Source: Camelus dromedarius (Eukaryota). From it: 64,000 nucleotides of DNA. The stretch covers positions 35,156,001-35,220,000 of the forward strand of contig NC_087436.1 in NCBI RefSeq assembly GCF_036321535.1, written 5' to 3'. Shown in pieces: positions 37,301 through 50,420 of this stretch (position 1 is the first letter of the stretch; every line of letters starts with the position of its first letter). The notes under the pieces were generated by a model. That model saw only the letters and a list, made by a program, of their open reading frames with translations. It did no database searches and had not been told where the DNA came from. The position numbers were made by a program, and so were the translations under genes.

Positions 37301-38568
37301 TAAAAAAAAGAAAAGTAATATATATGAAAAATGCCTCTATATCACATTGCTTTTTGTTTTGATGGTCTAGAGATGAGTAAACATAATTTTTAAAATTGTA
37401 AATTAGAACTTAATAAAGTCAAAATCATTTTTTTTTCTACTTAGCTTTTTACTACTAAATTGGTGTGGTGCTGAAAAATCTATTTCAAACTACAAGTGTA
37501 GTTTTCACCCCACTACCTAAGTGAAGTACTTTACAGAAAAGGAAATAAGTACTTTAGTTTGCAGTAGGCTAATATAGACATGTAGAAAACAATCATAAAG
37601 AATGTCAAAGAAAGACTACCAAAAGTGACTCCCATCAGACATCTTTGTGCCAACTGAGGTTTAAATTTAATCAGATTACTATTATTCTCTGAGAATCACT
37701 GATTAGGATATTGTTCACTATCTAATTAACTCAAAAAGGCATAAACTATAAATATATAATTATTTCTAAATAATACATTAGGTGCAACAGGAATCTCTGT
37801 GTGTTTTATATTGAAATTTACCAAGAAAAATCATAGAAAATGATTTTAATGGACATGGATTAATAGCCTTTACAACATGATCATTGGAGCCATTCCAAAC
37901 AAAATTCAATGACCTAACTACCTTTAATATTTTTAATTACTCTTTTGAATTTAAAGATGAAGAAAAAATTATAATATTCCTTTTATGAGTAGAGATTATT
38001 TAATGTTATAGTTTTTCTCCAAGTATATATTTTTTCTTTATTTCAAAGAGCCATAAAATGTGAGAATCTGTTCTAGAAGAAAATCAACAGTCATTTCTTC
38101 ATCAAAATCATCAATTTTAATGAGTATATTTTGTGTGACAATTGTGCACTCAGAACCAGGATAGCTCAGTGAAATGAGAGGCAGCTTAGCATGTGGTCCC
38201 AACTCGAGGAGCTTAAATTTTATTTATTCGAGAATATAAGTCCACTTATATGAAAATTTTTTATGGTGAAAAGTAAAAATTTTATGAATATTTGTAAAAA
38301 CAGATTTCAAAATGTAAAACAAAACAAAGCAAAAGAACAAAAAGAGGAGTAAATTCCATGGCTTTGGATAAAAAGTACCTCAAGAGAGCTGGAAAAAAAA
38401 TGAAATTGATGATTAATGCCATTAGTAAGAAAAGAGAATGACATCTAAACACATAGATATGAGAGCATGTTGTACTATCATCCCAGGATTAGACGAGATT
38501 ATAAAAGTGAACTAATTGGCCCATCCACTCAATGTCATACTTAAAGGCTAAAGGATAGATACTCTGTA

Positions 38569-38607
<39 letters not shown>

Positions 38608-38608
38608 G
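38569..38608. repeat. Compound (TG)n(AG)n microsatellite
   Basis: Directly visible in the sequence. Confidence 0.9.
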
Positions 38609-38619
38609 GAGGGGGAATA

Positions 38620-38850
38620 GCTAATGCTTAGTGAATGCTAATTTTCTGTCAAGGGCTCTTCTAAGGACTTTAAATTTATTAATTTGTTTAATCATTACAA
38701 AAAACTATATGAAGCAAGTTAGTAATTTTAATCTGATTTTATGTTTGAGGAAACAAAGTTCAGAGAGGTTAAGTAGCTTGTCCAGGTTACACAGTAAAAG
38801 TTTTAAAGAATATTTGAAACCTAGCAACTTAATTCCAGAGCCCACTCTGT
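38620..38850 (-). mobile_element. MIR SINE
   Basis: tgaggaaacaaagttcagagaggttaagtagcttgtccaggttacacag. Confidence 0.75.
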
Positions 38851-38874
38851 CAAATAATTTAATATTGCAGGGCC

Positions 38875-39125
38875 ACATGGCCTGAGGGCATGAACTCTGG
38901 ACGAAGGCTACCTGGGTTTGAATCTCCACTGCTCCACTATTTACTTACTCTGGGTCCTTGCACTAGTCATTCAAAAGCTCTGAGCTTAAGTGTCTTGGTC
39001 TGGGAATAATAATGGTAATTAACTCACTGAACTGCTAAATGGAGTATATTTAAAATAATATGACAGTCATTGGTCCATATCTAGTACATTTAAAATGTTA
39101 ATAGTAGTGATAGTAGTACTACTAT
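38875..39125 (+). mobile_element. MIR SINE
   Basis: ctacctgggtttgaatctccactgctccactatttac...ctctgagcttaagtgtc. Confidence 0.65.
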
Positions 39126-40709
39126 ATTAAATCTTTGAAAAAAAATTAAATGTTCCATGTAGGAAGAAAGTGATTAATTGAAAACAGCTTTGTTCCTAAG
39201 GTGAGCAATATTTCTGCAGTTTACTGTGCCCCTAGAACATGTGGTATTGCTTCTAATTGCAAATCTATCTCAGTTTATAGAACAACATTTACTAACACAG
39301 TCATACAGTTGGCAGACACAGTCAGCTGTCCTGTTTAGTGAGCTCAGCTGTCCTCGCTGAGAACCAGTGGCAGGCAGCATCTACACAATCTTAGATGAAA
39401 CTTGGCTTGGTCAGTTAACACCTGATGAGAGTCACTATTCTTGCAGGAGCCTATTTGTCTCCACAATAGCTAAGAGAAGACTTCCATTTTCATTCTGTGG
39501 TTTAGAATTGATACAGAAATGATGTCAAACCATATGGTCCCTTTCTGCCAATACTCACTCATTACGGGGAGGCTTAGTCAGAAGGAATTCCGGCAATAGC
39601 TGCAGTTCTAGCCTGAAACCTTGCTTACCACCCATTGCTATCATAAACTTTAGCCCTTCTTTTATGCTGGATTCTCTTTTGGAGTGTTCAGAAATCAGGC
39701 TTTCATGTTTATTTAGCAGCAACTTTGATTTTTATAGACACACATTTGGTTCATTTGTTTATTTTCTTGTTATGCCCTTATATTTTTTCCTACTTCTGTC
39801 TCTTTCATATTTGTGAATATAAATATTGTAATTTTTCTTTCATGGTTCCTATTAAACACATACACACAGACAGATGGTAAGTTTCTTATCTAGACCCACT
39901 AATATTCAAATGTAAATAATAAATGAGAAAGTGACAAATATAGATGAGTAAGCTGTTGTATAAAGTAGCTTATTCTGAATAAAGTATAGTGAAAAATCAA
40001 TAGGTTTTCAAACATGATTCTAATTTTTAATAAAAGTTTAAAAACCAAAGATGAATATACTACTGTAAACATCTTCCTCTTAATTTCTTATATTCTGCTA
40101 GTATTAATTTTTTTTCAAAAGAGAACAAAAGTTGATAAAATGGTCATGATTACAAAGTTTCTCCGTTAGAGCACCTGAAGGTAAATGTCTTGAAAAACTC
40201 ATAAGCTTCAAAAAAATTGTTATTTTAATTTAGTTTTTCTAACTGTATTTACTATGGGGGAAAAAGTGTTGAAAGCACAAAGGAAAAAACAAACAAAAAT
40301 TTGTTCATAATATGATCACTTAAGATAATTAACATTTAAATGTTTGTAAACATGACCCTAGCCTTTTATCTGTGGTGTGTACACAAATTTATATATGAAA
40401 AAATGTGGTATATATGTAATTAACAGATGTACTGAATACTTGTTTTGATCTTTCTGTCATGCCTGTATGTTACTGCTTCTACCTGGCAAGATACATGGTT
40501 AGCAAGAGTCAGTTGATTTTTGTTCCCAGAAATGTTAGTGGGAGCTGTAAAAAAAAATTACTTGGATAACATTAAGAAATTGCATAGTGGTGGAGGGGCT
40601 GGGGAATGACAAAAATCTAGAAGAAAAATCCTCATTCAGATTGTTTTCCTACTGCTTTCAAGTTCTTACTATACTTTAAGAAAAGTAACATTAGAAATGT
40701 ATGATGATG

Positions 40710-41400
40710 AGTTTGTTCATTCATTCAGAATTTTGTTCATTCAACAAACATTTATTGAGTGTTGTGATTACCATCCAAATTCTTGGCCACATAAAGCTTA
40801 AGTGGGGAAGGTAGACGAGGAATCCCTCAGTTTATATTGGGAAATGATGTCTGAATTGGGGTGCGGTGAGAGGGAATAATGTTTACAGTGTTCGGTGAAG
40901 ACCTGGGAAAATGGCATGTGAGATGAGAAGAGCAGCCATGTGGCCCTAAAAGGGCACAGCTTCCCACCTGGCGGGCCAGCAAGTGTGAAGGGTGTGAGCT
41001 GAGGGCTTGTTGGGCCGGTTTAGAAACCCTAGGGAGGCCATGTGATTAGGGAGCAGGGAGAGAGGGGAGAGCAGGAGCAGGTGAGGTCAGAGAGCCAGAG
41101 AGAGGTCCAGATCATATACAATTTGGCAGAGCATGGTAAGGAATTGTATATTTTTCTGCATGAGGTGAAAGCCATTGGAAAGTTTGAGCAGAGTGGACAA
41201 ACCTGACCTCCTTTCAAAGAATCATGTTAGCTGCTGGGTAAAGAAAAAGGGGCAAAGATGAAAGCCAAGAATCTAGCTAGTTAGAAGATCCACTAACATG
41301 GTAGAGATAAAGAGTTGAGAAACAGTTGAATGTTATATTTTAGAATTTTGCTGAGAGGCAGGATTTAACAATTACTCCCAAGTTTGGGGAACTGAAGCAA
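40710..41400 (-). mobile_element. L2 LINE 3' fragment
   Basis: ttcattcaacaaacatttattgagtg (L2 terminus in reverse), gagcagccatg and aagccattggaaagtttgagcag. Confidence 0.75.
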
Positions 41401-43340
41401 TTAGAATATAGTTTGGAGGAGGAGGATTCAAGAATGACACAGAAGAGGTTCCTACTCGGGAAAAAAGAAAACTCTTCTACATCAGAAGGTTGATAAATGT
41501 ATATTTTATGCTTACAGCGAAAATTAAGACAGATATGTCTTTTTAAAGGATGACTATAGTTGGCTGAATTTTTCTATGAATCAGCCAATTATCAACACAG
41601 TCCCATTCAGATAAAGCCGTTTCTATGATTTACTACTGCTAATGATAAAAACAGTGTGTAAGGGGTACATTGTTAGCATGATATTTTATTGGGCGGATGT
41701 TATATGACTTCAGAATGTGCTTTTTTTTAGGAAGGTTGTAAGGTTAATGCTTTTCTACTTATTCTTTTTGTTATCATTCTCTCTTTCCTTCACGTAAGAA
41801 AAAATATCACAATAGAAACATGCTCTGCCTTTCTGTCTATGGATGCTGCCTCAATCAGCTCTCGTTGTTGAAAAGTTACATGTTCTTTGTTATCATCACT
41901 TGCCAACCCCTTTTTATCCTACTGGCACTCCAAACTACACTATAATCAATGCAGATATTGGTGTAAAATTATATTTCTGTAGCAAAATAAACTGAATTCC
42001 ACCCAAGTTAAAAAAAAAAAAGGTCCAAGTTTTCAGTAGAAGGAATGGTGAGAATTTAGTAGATAACTAGGCAACTGTCTGGACAGGGATTGGAAAGGGC
42101 AAGTGTCTGCATGAGACATCAATAGCTTCGATAGTTCTGTGTGAATTCCTGAAGCCTTTGAGCAAGACAGAATGTGAGGGCACTGCAAAGTCATCTGGAG
42201 AGCAGAACAGCATGGCTGCATCAGTCACTATAGAATCAAGCTTTAGATTTTATGCTAAAATTTGTATTCTAGAATGACAGGAGGTTCCTTAAGGATAGAA
42301 ATCACCAGAAGAGAAGAGCAAGGAATGAGATTGACCTCCTGAGAGATAATGGTACATAATATTAGCCTTCCCAACGTCTCTTATAGCATTATTTATTGTC
42401 AAGTAAGTTTCAGATGTACACTTATATCAAACCTAAAACTGAAGGAAATAAAATTTCTGTCATCACTGCGTTATTTATGTCCATGTAGATGATGGCTGAA
42501 ACATTGGCCTTTAGGTTAAATGTGATTCAACCACAGGGAGCAATATTGAAACTGATCCACTGAGAAACATATTCCTATATAAACTGTTTTTGTTGTATTC
42601 ATTTCCACTCTAGCTGCCATGGCTTAATAGCTGTAACAGACTCATGATATCATGTTATTTCCAAGAATTGCTTCACTGGAAGGTCTGTAGCACACAACTA
42701 AAATATTGAGTGCGTGAGAGTCATGCATGAGCTATAAAAAGCAGAAGGGAATTAGCATCAACACCAGTATCTTGGCTGAGAGTCTAAATGTTATCCTTTG
42801 ACAGTGGCAGGCTATTAAACAATTTTTAAATAAGACATTTTCCCACCACAAGGAAAACATTCATTTATAGGTACTTTACAACCCAGGATTTGAGGCTTTA
42901 AAAGAAAATATGCTGTCTGTACCATGGATTATCTAAAAGCATTGGAAAGACCTGCCAATACAATTGGTTTGAGGTTGCAGTTGGAACTGCATTTAAATAA
43001 GAATGGTGTCTAAGAACAAATGAGTCATAGACAAAAGACAAAACCATCTCATTCTGAAGAAAGTAGGACATGTCAAAGAGCAAACGTTGCATAAGAGAAT
43101 ATGAATAAAAAGTGAAAGGAAAGATTACTTTATTCCTAATAACCTTTGCTATTCTGTAATATAATCTTGGGCACTTCAGTTATACTTTATTTGATAGTAT
43201 GATTCATGCGCTCTGTTATTCAGGCTGCTCTTCCATGGCTCTCCATCCATCCTTTGGATATATTTATTTTACAGAGGTAATATGTTAACAAATGTTCCAC
43301 TTTAGCTAGAGAACTTACAATGTGTTCTCATTATCTAAAT

Positions 43341-43526
43341 CAGAGTTTCTCAACAGAGGCATTATTGACATTTTGGGAATGGAACTTTGCTGTAAGGCAT
43401 TGTTTCTCTTCACTGTAGAATATTTAACAGCATTCCTGGCCTCCCTCCACGTACTAGATACCAATGGCATCTCTCTATGTCTAGGGACAACCCAAAATGT
43501 CCCTAGAAATTGTCAAATATCCCCTG
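43341..43526 (-). mobile_element. MER20 (hAT-Charlie) DNA transposon
   Basis: cagagtttctcaac..ggcattattgacattttggg...tttaacagcattcctggcctc...gacaacccaaaatgtccctagaaattgtcaaatatcccctg. Confidence 0.8.
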
Positions 43527-45140
43527 AGCCAAGAACTTATATAAGAAAAATTTTGTTCAGCACCTATATACAATGTGTACACTTGTCCAATTTTATATCT
43601 TCTGCAAATTTTGTGAGACTTCATAGCTTAATGATATTAATTTATATTGCAGTAAGAACAATTTAGTATGACCAATTAAATGCCTTATGTGGACCATGCA
43701 CTTAAATAAAAGAGCTTCTCTGTTCTGAACAAACAGAACTATACAAGTGGTCTCTAGTTCTTAAACTCAGATTGTGTAGACTCACAAGTCTAGAGGTCTG
43801 GGAAAGGAATTCTAGGAAGGGGAATTTAAAGTCTGAAGATAATGTAAAGGAAGAGGAGTTGAAGACAGCAATTAGAAACAAAATGGAATGAAAAGCTGAG
43901 TGAGGAAAGAATGCTAAAACCATTAAATCAACAGAATTGATGGCAATCAGAGGGCAATATGGGAAGCTTCTTCCTGGGCATGTAAAGCTGAACTAGCAGA
44001 TTTAACACAACTTAGAAATATTGTCCAAGTCACAGATACACGTTTCTCTCAAGATACCGTGATGAATGAAATAATACAAAAAAGTAACCAAAAAGAGTTC
44101 CTGCAACAGAATATGGTGCTTATTATTCACATGACTTAGATGCAAACTTCTGGGAATCTCTGAAGTTTAAGGATCTTTGTCCTTTCAAGAGAACTCTCCC
44201 TATATGAAGAATCTTTGATATCATGTCAGTATCAGAATAATTTGGATAACATTTTGAGAAAAAGTATTAGAAGGGGAATAAATAAATTATATGTAAGATT
44301 TGTTTCCTGGTCTGTTAGTCTTACTCCCCCAAAGTCAAGAATGTGACAAACACATGCACAAAAGGCGAGACAGTACCCAAGAGGAATTATACCCAGAGAT
44401 AGAAGCAGACTGGGCTATCAAAATTCAAAAATGACAGGGGGCTGTGGTGAGCTGTTTGTAGCAGACATTCTTAATTCAGACCAAATACTCCCTTGAAGCA
44501 GAACTGCACCCCTTGGTTGAGATCTAATTATTAGAAATGCTCTACTCCACTTCCCACCCCCAACCATTAATCTTTGATTTGGCTAAACTAAACCAAATGA
44601 CATTCAAAAGAGATTCTATTTCTTAGATTCATAGAAGGTTTTTACAAATGAATTTTGTGGCTGGGTGCCAGATGGATGAATTTGGGAATAAATAAAAGGT
44701 CTCTGTCTACAGAGTAGATAGCATCTATATTAAGTTTAGAAATAAAACATCAGTCAAAGCATTAAAATCTGATTTTCTCACCACTGTGGAAAGATAAGGA
44801 AAAATTGAGAGCATGAGAGATTGTGGTTTCCTCTAAAAGGACATCATATGAACTGATCCACCTATTCAAGTTGGAGCTGCCAGTTCTGTTTCAAACAGGA
44901 GACTTTGAGTTTTACTTTCATGTGGTGAAGGAAGGGGAAATATTAGGGGACAATTTTCATGCAGACTCAAATTAGGACTCCAGTTGCTTTCAGGTCTATC
45001 TTTCTGACTGAAAAATGAGGATGGTACACTTAGATATTTGTTTTCCAAAGTATTATCCATGAAATATTATCCCAGGAGAATCTCCTTGAAAAGTATTCCT
45101 GGGCAAATAGACACACACTATGTTTTCTATAACATGCGTA

Positions 45141-46126
45141 TATAATATGGATAATATTGTGTACCACATATTACGAGTTTTTCAGTCCACCCAATATAGT
45201 AGTATCACTATGCTAATTTCCCCCTAAGCAGCTTGACCAAGATCACACTATATGTAAGTGAGAAGGGAACCCAGTACTGTTCCCTTCTTGCAGATTTAGG
45301 AAGCACTTTAGAGTAGAACTGATCTCTAAGAGCCTTTTAGTTAAGAGTTGTTTAATTTATATACACCAATGTATTTTGCAAATTATATTGACCACAGAAC
45401 CCTTTTTTTTCTCACAACATATTTTTAGGTCTGCAGAACTCTCTTATGAATATAAGATTAAAAAGAAGTTTATCAAGAGGCATTCTTACATAATCCGTTC
45501 AGAGACAGCAAGTATATCTTCCATTCTGGCCATGAGATTGTGGTTCTTCAGTCTTGAAACTAGATACTGAGAATGAAATGAGCAAACTTATGTCCAGTAG
45601 AATAATATTGAAAAGGGATCAGTTAAATAGTTATGCAGCATATGTCCAAGGAAACCCACACGAAAGACTGTGCCTGCAGATGCCAGTAATTATGTGTCCA
45701 GAGGGAAAGCCCTGAATCTGTGGTCTAAGCCCTTCCGGCTCTCTACTTACTGCCCTGATGTTGCCAAGCTTTCCAACTGCCTGGTTGAAAGTTTTATGGA
45801 GAATTAGACAAATTTTGCTTTTGCTAGCCTTTCTGACAGCTAACTACTATCTAGCTAAAAAAGAATATGGTACACACAAGCACACCATCCATGTTAAGTA
45901 TGTAAAGCATTTAGAAGTACATAAATAACATAATGCATGTAAAACATCTCAAATAATGCTAATACAAAGTAAGAGCTAATAATGGGTTATAGTGTGGACA
46001 ATATTGCACAGCAACATGTTACAAGTGTTCATCCACCCAATGCAGTAATGTCATTATGCTCGTTTACATATAAGCAACTTGACCAAGATCACATTCTGTG
46101 CTGGTGAGAAGGGGGCCAAGTACTGT
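45141..46126 (+). repeat. Diverged ~140-bp direct repeat pair (45141-45280 and 45988-46126)
   Basis: The two copies align end to end with shared blocks aatattg, tccacccaat, tatgct, taagca, cttgaccaagatcaca, gtgagaaggg and agtactgt. Confidence 0.8.
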
Positions 46127-47309
46127 CCAAATACAAGTTTCTTATTCTGAACCACTTCCTCCTACAGAAAGCCTACTGGTCAAATCTCAGCTCCAGCTTG
46201 GAAGCTAGTGGCTGCTCCCCTCACTTACATCACGTGGCTTCAGGGTATAACAAAGGAGTCAGTTCTTCTCCTATTCAGGGTCTGAGTGGTTGGTCATCAT
46301 TGTTACTGTTTCCAGTTCTAAGAGAAAAAAGATGGGTTGGGTGATTTTTTTTTCTTCTAAAACCTGTCTTTTCCTTTGTGGAATCAATTTTATGCATAAA
46401 TGAGTTTTGAAATAAGTAGGGCCAAAAGACAAAAATCAAAAAAAGACACTACTATTTCATATTTCTCAGCATTTTGCAGTTTATAAAATAATTATAAACC
46501 CATTTCATCTTTTATGATTATAAAACTACTGTGATATGGGTAGACAATAATTCTTGTCATTCTAAATGTGGAGAAATTAAAACTATGGAGAGAGAGACTT
46601 TTAATAGTACATAAATTACATTTAAGAAGCAGGGATATAAATTTAGAGTACTATGTGCCATGAAAATCAATGTAGATCTGCCATACAAAGAAGCTTATGT
46701 TTAGAACTTCTAAGAATTGAAAAAATATACTTTGAATTATCACTCTTCAATTTTGTTTTCCATTCTTTAAAAAATTAGATTTCCAAGGAAATCCCAAGGC
46801 AGTTGGTCAGAATTCAGTGTCTAGAGGCTAACCATTCTCACTATGGTTGCACTCTAGGTGAATAAATCTGTTACTGATATAATAGCATGTTGAGTGCCCT
46901 GAATGAGAAACTACAGTCACAGACTGGAGAACAAACTTTCCAAGTATTCTGCAATCAAAGAAAAGCCACAAATAACTTCCCTCCTCCAGGGCCACCAGTC
47001 AGCATATAGACCTCCCCTGCCCCTCTCTTCATTTATATGACTATCACCTATAAGAAATCTTGGAAAAATAACTCAGCCTATTAGGGAGATCACAAAACCA
47101 AACTGAGGGGGTACTCCAAAAGAATCACTAATAAGCTTCCCTACACCTCTCTCAGAAGAGGAATAGAAAGATTAGGATGATCTCAGGGTGGAGAAAGGAG
47201 GCAGAAGCAGAATACTGTGCCCTCCCACCATTTGTCATGGCTAAAATGCATGAGTTTGCTGTGGATTAGGTGAATACTATAGAAGATAGATGAATTTTCA
47301 CCATCATAC

Positions 47310-47332
47310 CTGAATCGCAATGAGGATGCTGG
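47310..47332 (-). other. Putative 23-nt micro-exon
   Basis: ttgttctttcttctcaatttcttttgccctag|CCAGCATCCTCATTGCGATTCAG|gtatga on the minus strand. Confidence 0.3.
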
Positions 47333-47446
47333 CTAGGGCAAAAGAAATTGAGAAGAAAGAACAAATGGATCTACCAGCAGGGGCAGATGCTGACAGGAGT
47401 TGAAAGAAATTTAGCTGAGGCCTGATGTCCTTTGTCTGGGAATTGT

Positions 47447-47480
47447 GGTGTGTGTGTGTGTGGGTGTGTGTGTATGTGCG
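47447..47480. repeat. Imperfect (TG)n microsatellite
   Basis: Directly visible in the sequence. Confidence 0.85.
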
Positions 47481-48556
47481 TGAGAAGGGGTTTCTTCCTT
47501 GGTTCCTGAACTCATTCATCCTCCCTCTGAGAGATCCAGCGTTTTGGCACAGCAACAGAAAAGACATGAATGACATGCCCCTTTTTTGAACTCCTTTCTC
47601 CCTGACCCTATAGACGAAAGGAAACAGAGATTTAGCAGGAGGTAGAGGGAGACAAGTAGCAAGTAACTAACCTGTGCTTTGCACACATATGCCCGTGCTC
47701 TAGGGTGGGGGGCAGGGAGGAGAAGTGAAAGAGCAGGCCCGGCTTCCTTCTCATGTAGAAGCAGCCAGCAGGGGAGGGGAAGAATGTTATCACTAGTTCA
47801 TCAGTGACTGACTTCAGATTATATGGGATACTATAGAACTTTTGTTTCTGCCAACACGAGAGACAAAATCATTTTATCAAATATAATACTGGACTTATAA
47901 ATCGGAGTAGACAAAAATTTTGATTATTGAAATTTTCTAGGAAGTTATCAAATCTGCCCAAAATGTTATCCAACAGAGAAGAGAGATTTCATTCTACAAC
48001 TTTGAAGGTGATAATGGTTAAAACATAAAATAATCTCATTTCTTACACTTGGCAAAGTTGAGACTCCTCAGCACACAGGAACACCACTTAAGGTTTTATA
48101 CATACACCTTCTTAAAGGGTCAGGTTCCCTACCCTGTATTTATTAGAGTGAGAGTTCTATTTTTCTCCTGGAAATTCATTATCCTCTATATTCTCTCACC
48201 ATGAAAATAAAAAAATAAACCAAAAAAAAAAAAAAAAAAAAAACAACCACCAAACCAAAAAACTGACATTTCTCACTCACGGATTTCTATGTGTTTCAGT
48301 ACGTTGGGATCAAAAATACTCAAAATAATTTTAGTACAAGTTCAATGGCTAAATTCTAAACACAGCACTTTGGGAAATCAAAGGAGTGACAACTAAAACT
48401 AATACATACCAGAGAAAGAGAAGAGGTGATGTGGAACACATATGCAATACATATTTAAACATCTAGATGACTGGAAAATATAAATCAGCTTATTTTTTTT
48501 GCCAAATCTGACTTAATTGCAACTAAGATTGAAATTTATTAGGCAGATTTGTGGTC

Positions 48557-49818
48557 TGTTATGGGCTGAATTAGTGTACCCTCCCAAATTCATATTTTGG
48601 AGTCCTAAATCCCAGTGCCTCAGAATGTGACTATATTTAGAGATAGTGCCTTCAGTAAGAAAGAAAAAAACCCAGCCTTCTCCTCCTGAGAAGAGAAAAA
48701 CACAGCCTCCTGTGTTTCTCCTTTACTCTTACACTGCTAACACACACCAACAATTCTGCCATCAGATGTGTGGGGGTTTTCCTCCACCAAAAATTCTCTG
48801 ACAGCGGCTGAGTGTCCTATAATTTAACTCAATTCTGACACCATCTACTTGGAAATAGTATCAGATCCCACAGGTTAAGGGCTCAGTCTCACGTGATTCT
48901 CCCCTCCCCCACTTCAGATGCCAATAGAAAGTAGTAGGTTTCTAGGTTACCCACAACTTCTTTCCAACTTGGCTACAAACCAGAGGTTCCTGTGACCCCC
49001 TCTTTGGGTTTGATTAACTTACTAAAATGGCTCACAAAACACAGAGGAACAGTTACTTATATTTATCAGTTTATTAAACAATGTAATAAAGGTTACAGAA
49101 GAACAACCAGATGAAGAGATACATAGAGTGAGGTCTGGGAGGGTCCTAAGCCCAGGAACTCCTGTCTCCAGGAAGTTGGGGTGTGCCACTCACCTGGAAG
49201 CCCTCTGAACCCCATACTTTTGGGATTTTTATGGCATCTTTATCACGTAGGCATGATTGATCATTAATTCCATTTCTAGCCCTTCTCCCTTCTCAGGAGA
49301 ATGGGGAGTGGGCCTGAAAATCCCATGTTTTTAATCATGGCTTGGTGTTTCCAGTGACTAGCGATTATTCAGGAGCCATCCAAGAACTTGCCTTGAATCA
49401 CCTCATTAAAACAAAAAATGTTTCTTTAACTCAGGAAATGACAAGGGTTTCAAGAGACTTTTGCCAGGACCCATGGGCAGAGACCAATATATATATTTTC
49501 TGTTATTTCACATGTCTTTAAAAAGGTAACTAAGTTAAAATTAGGCCATTAGGGTAGCCCTAATATGCTATGACTGGTGTCCTTATAAGGAGAGGAAATT
49601 AGGACACAGACACAGACACATATAGAAGGAAGACCATGTGAAGACACAAGGAAAGAACAACCCTCTTCAAGCCAAGGAGAGAGGCTGCAAAAGAAACTAA
49701 TCCTATTAGCATCTTGATCTCAGACTTCTAGACTTGAGAGCTATGAGAAATAAATTTTTGTTGTTTAATTCACCCTATCTGTGATACTTTATTATGGCAG
49801 CCCTAGCAAAGCAATAAA
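48557..49818 (+). mobile_element. MLT1B-like MaLR LTR, split by a nested LTR
   Basis: The 5' part, tgttatgggctgaatt...cagaatgtgactatatttagagatag, runs to 48652. It resumes at 49513 (tgtctttaaaaaggtaactaagttaaaa...tgactggtgtccttataag...ttatggcagccctagcaaa). Confidence 0.85.
48653..49512 (-). mobile_element. MER21-like LTR nested in MLT1B
   Basis: ctcaattctgacaccatctacttgga, tcagatcccacaggttaagggctcagtc and a terminal atttcaca. Approximate TSD tgcctt (48647-48652) / tgtctt (49513-49518). Confidence 0.8.
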
Positions 49819-50174
49819 AGGTATATATCACAAGATTCTAAAGACATAGCAGATTTCCAATTTTAACAAAACCAGAACATCCAACAGGACAGGAACATGT
49901 TACCGTAAGGGTTAAACATATATCACACAAAGTGTCAATAAAAAAGAGTTTGCTAGCACTTCTCCTGCTTGAAATACATATCAAAATTTAGAAATAAATC
50001 CTCTTAACGTTTCAGCATTTTATTTTCTTCATGCACTTTCAGCTTTGATTGGTTTATTTTCCCAGGAATAGAACTCTTGAGACATAACTGATTTCCAAAA
50101 GCATTATTAATAGCCAACTCAAACAGTTACAAAATCATCAACACTTATATGCAATCTGTGGGAAAATAAATCCA

Positions 50175-50420
50175 TTTTTCCAGCTTTATTGAAAAATAAG
50201 TGACATATATTACTGTATAAGTTTAAGGCATACAGCATGATGGTTTGATTTTCATATATTGCAAAATGATTATCACCATAGGTTCAGCTAACATTTATCT
50301 TCTCATCTAGATAGAATAAAAAGAAAAAAAGGATAAAAGAAAAAAATTCTCTTTGTAATGAGAACTCAGGATTTACTCTCTTAACAGCTTCCCTATATAT
50401 CATACAGCATTGTTAACTAG
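50175..50420 (-). mobile_element. Short L1 3' UTR fragment
   Basis: cagctttattgaaaaataagtgacatatattactgtataagtttaaggcatacagcatgatggtttgatt...gagaactcaggatttactctcttaac. Confidence 0.8.
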
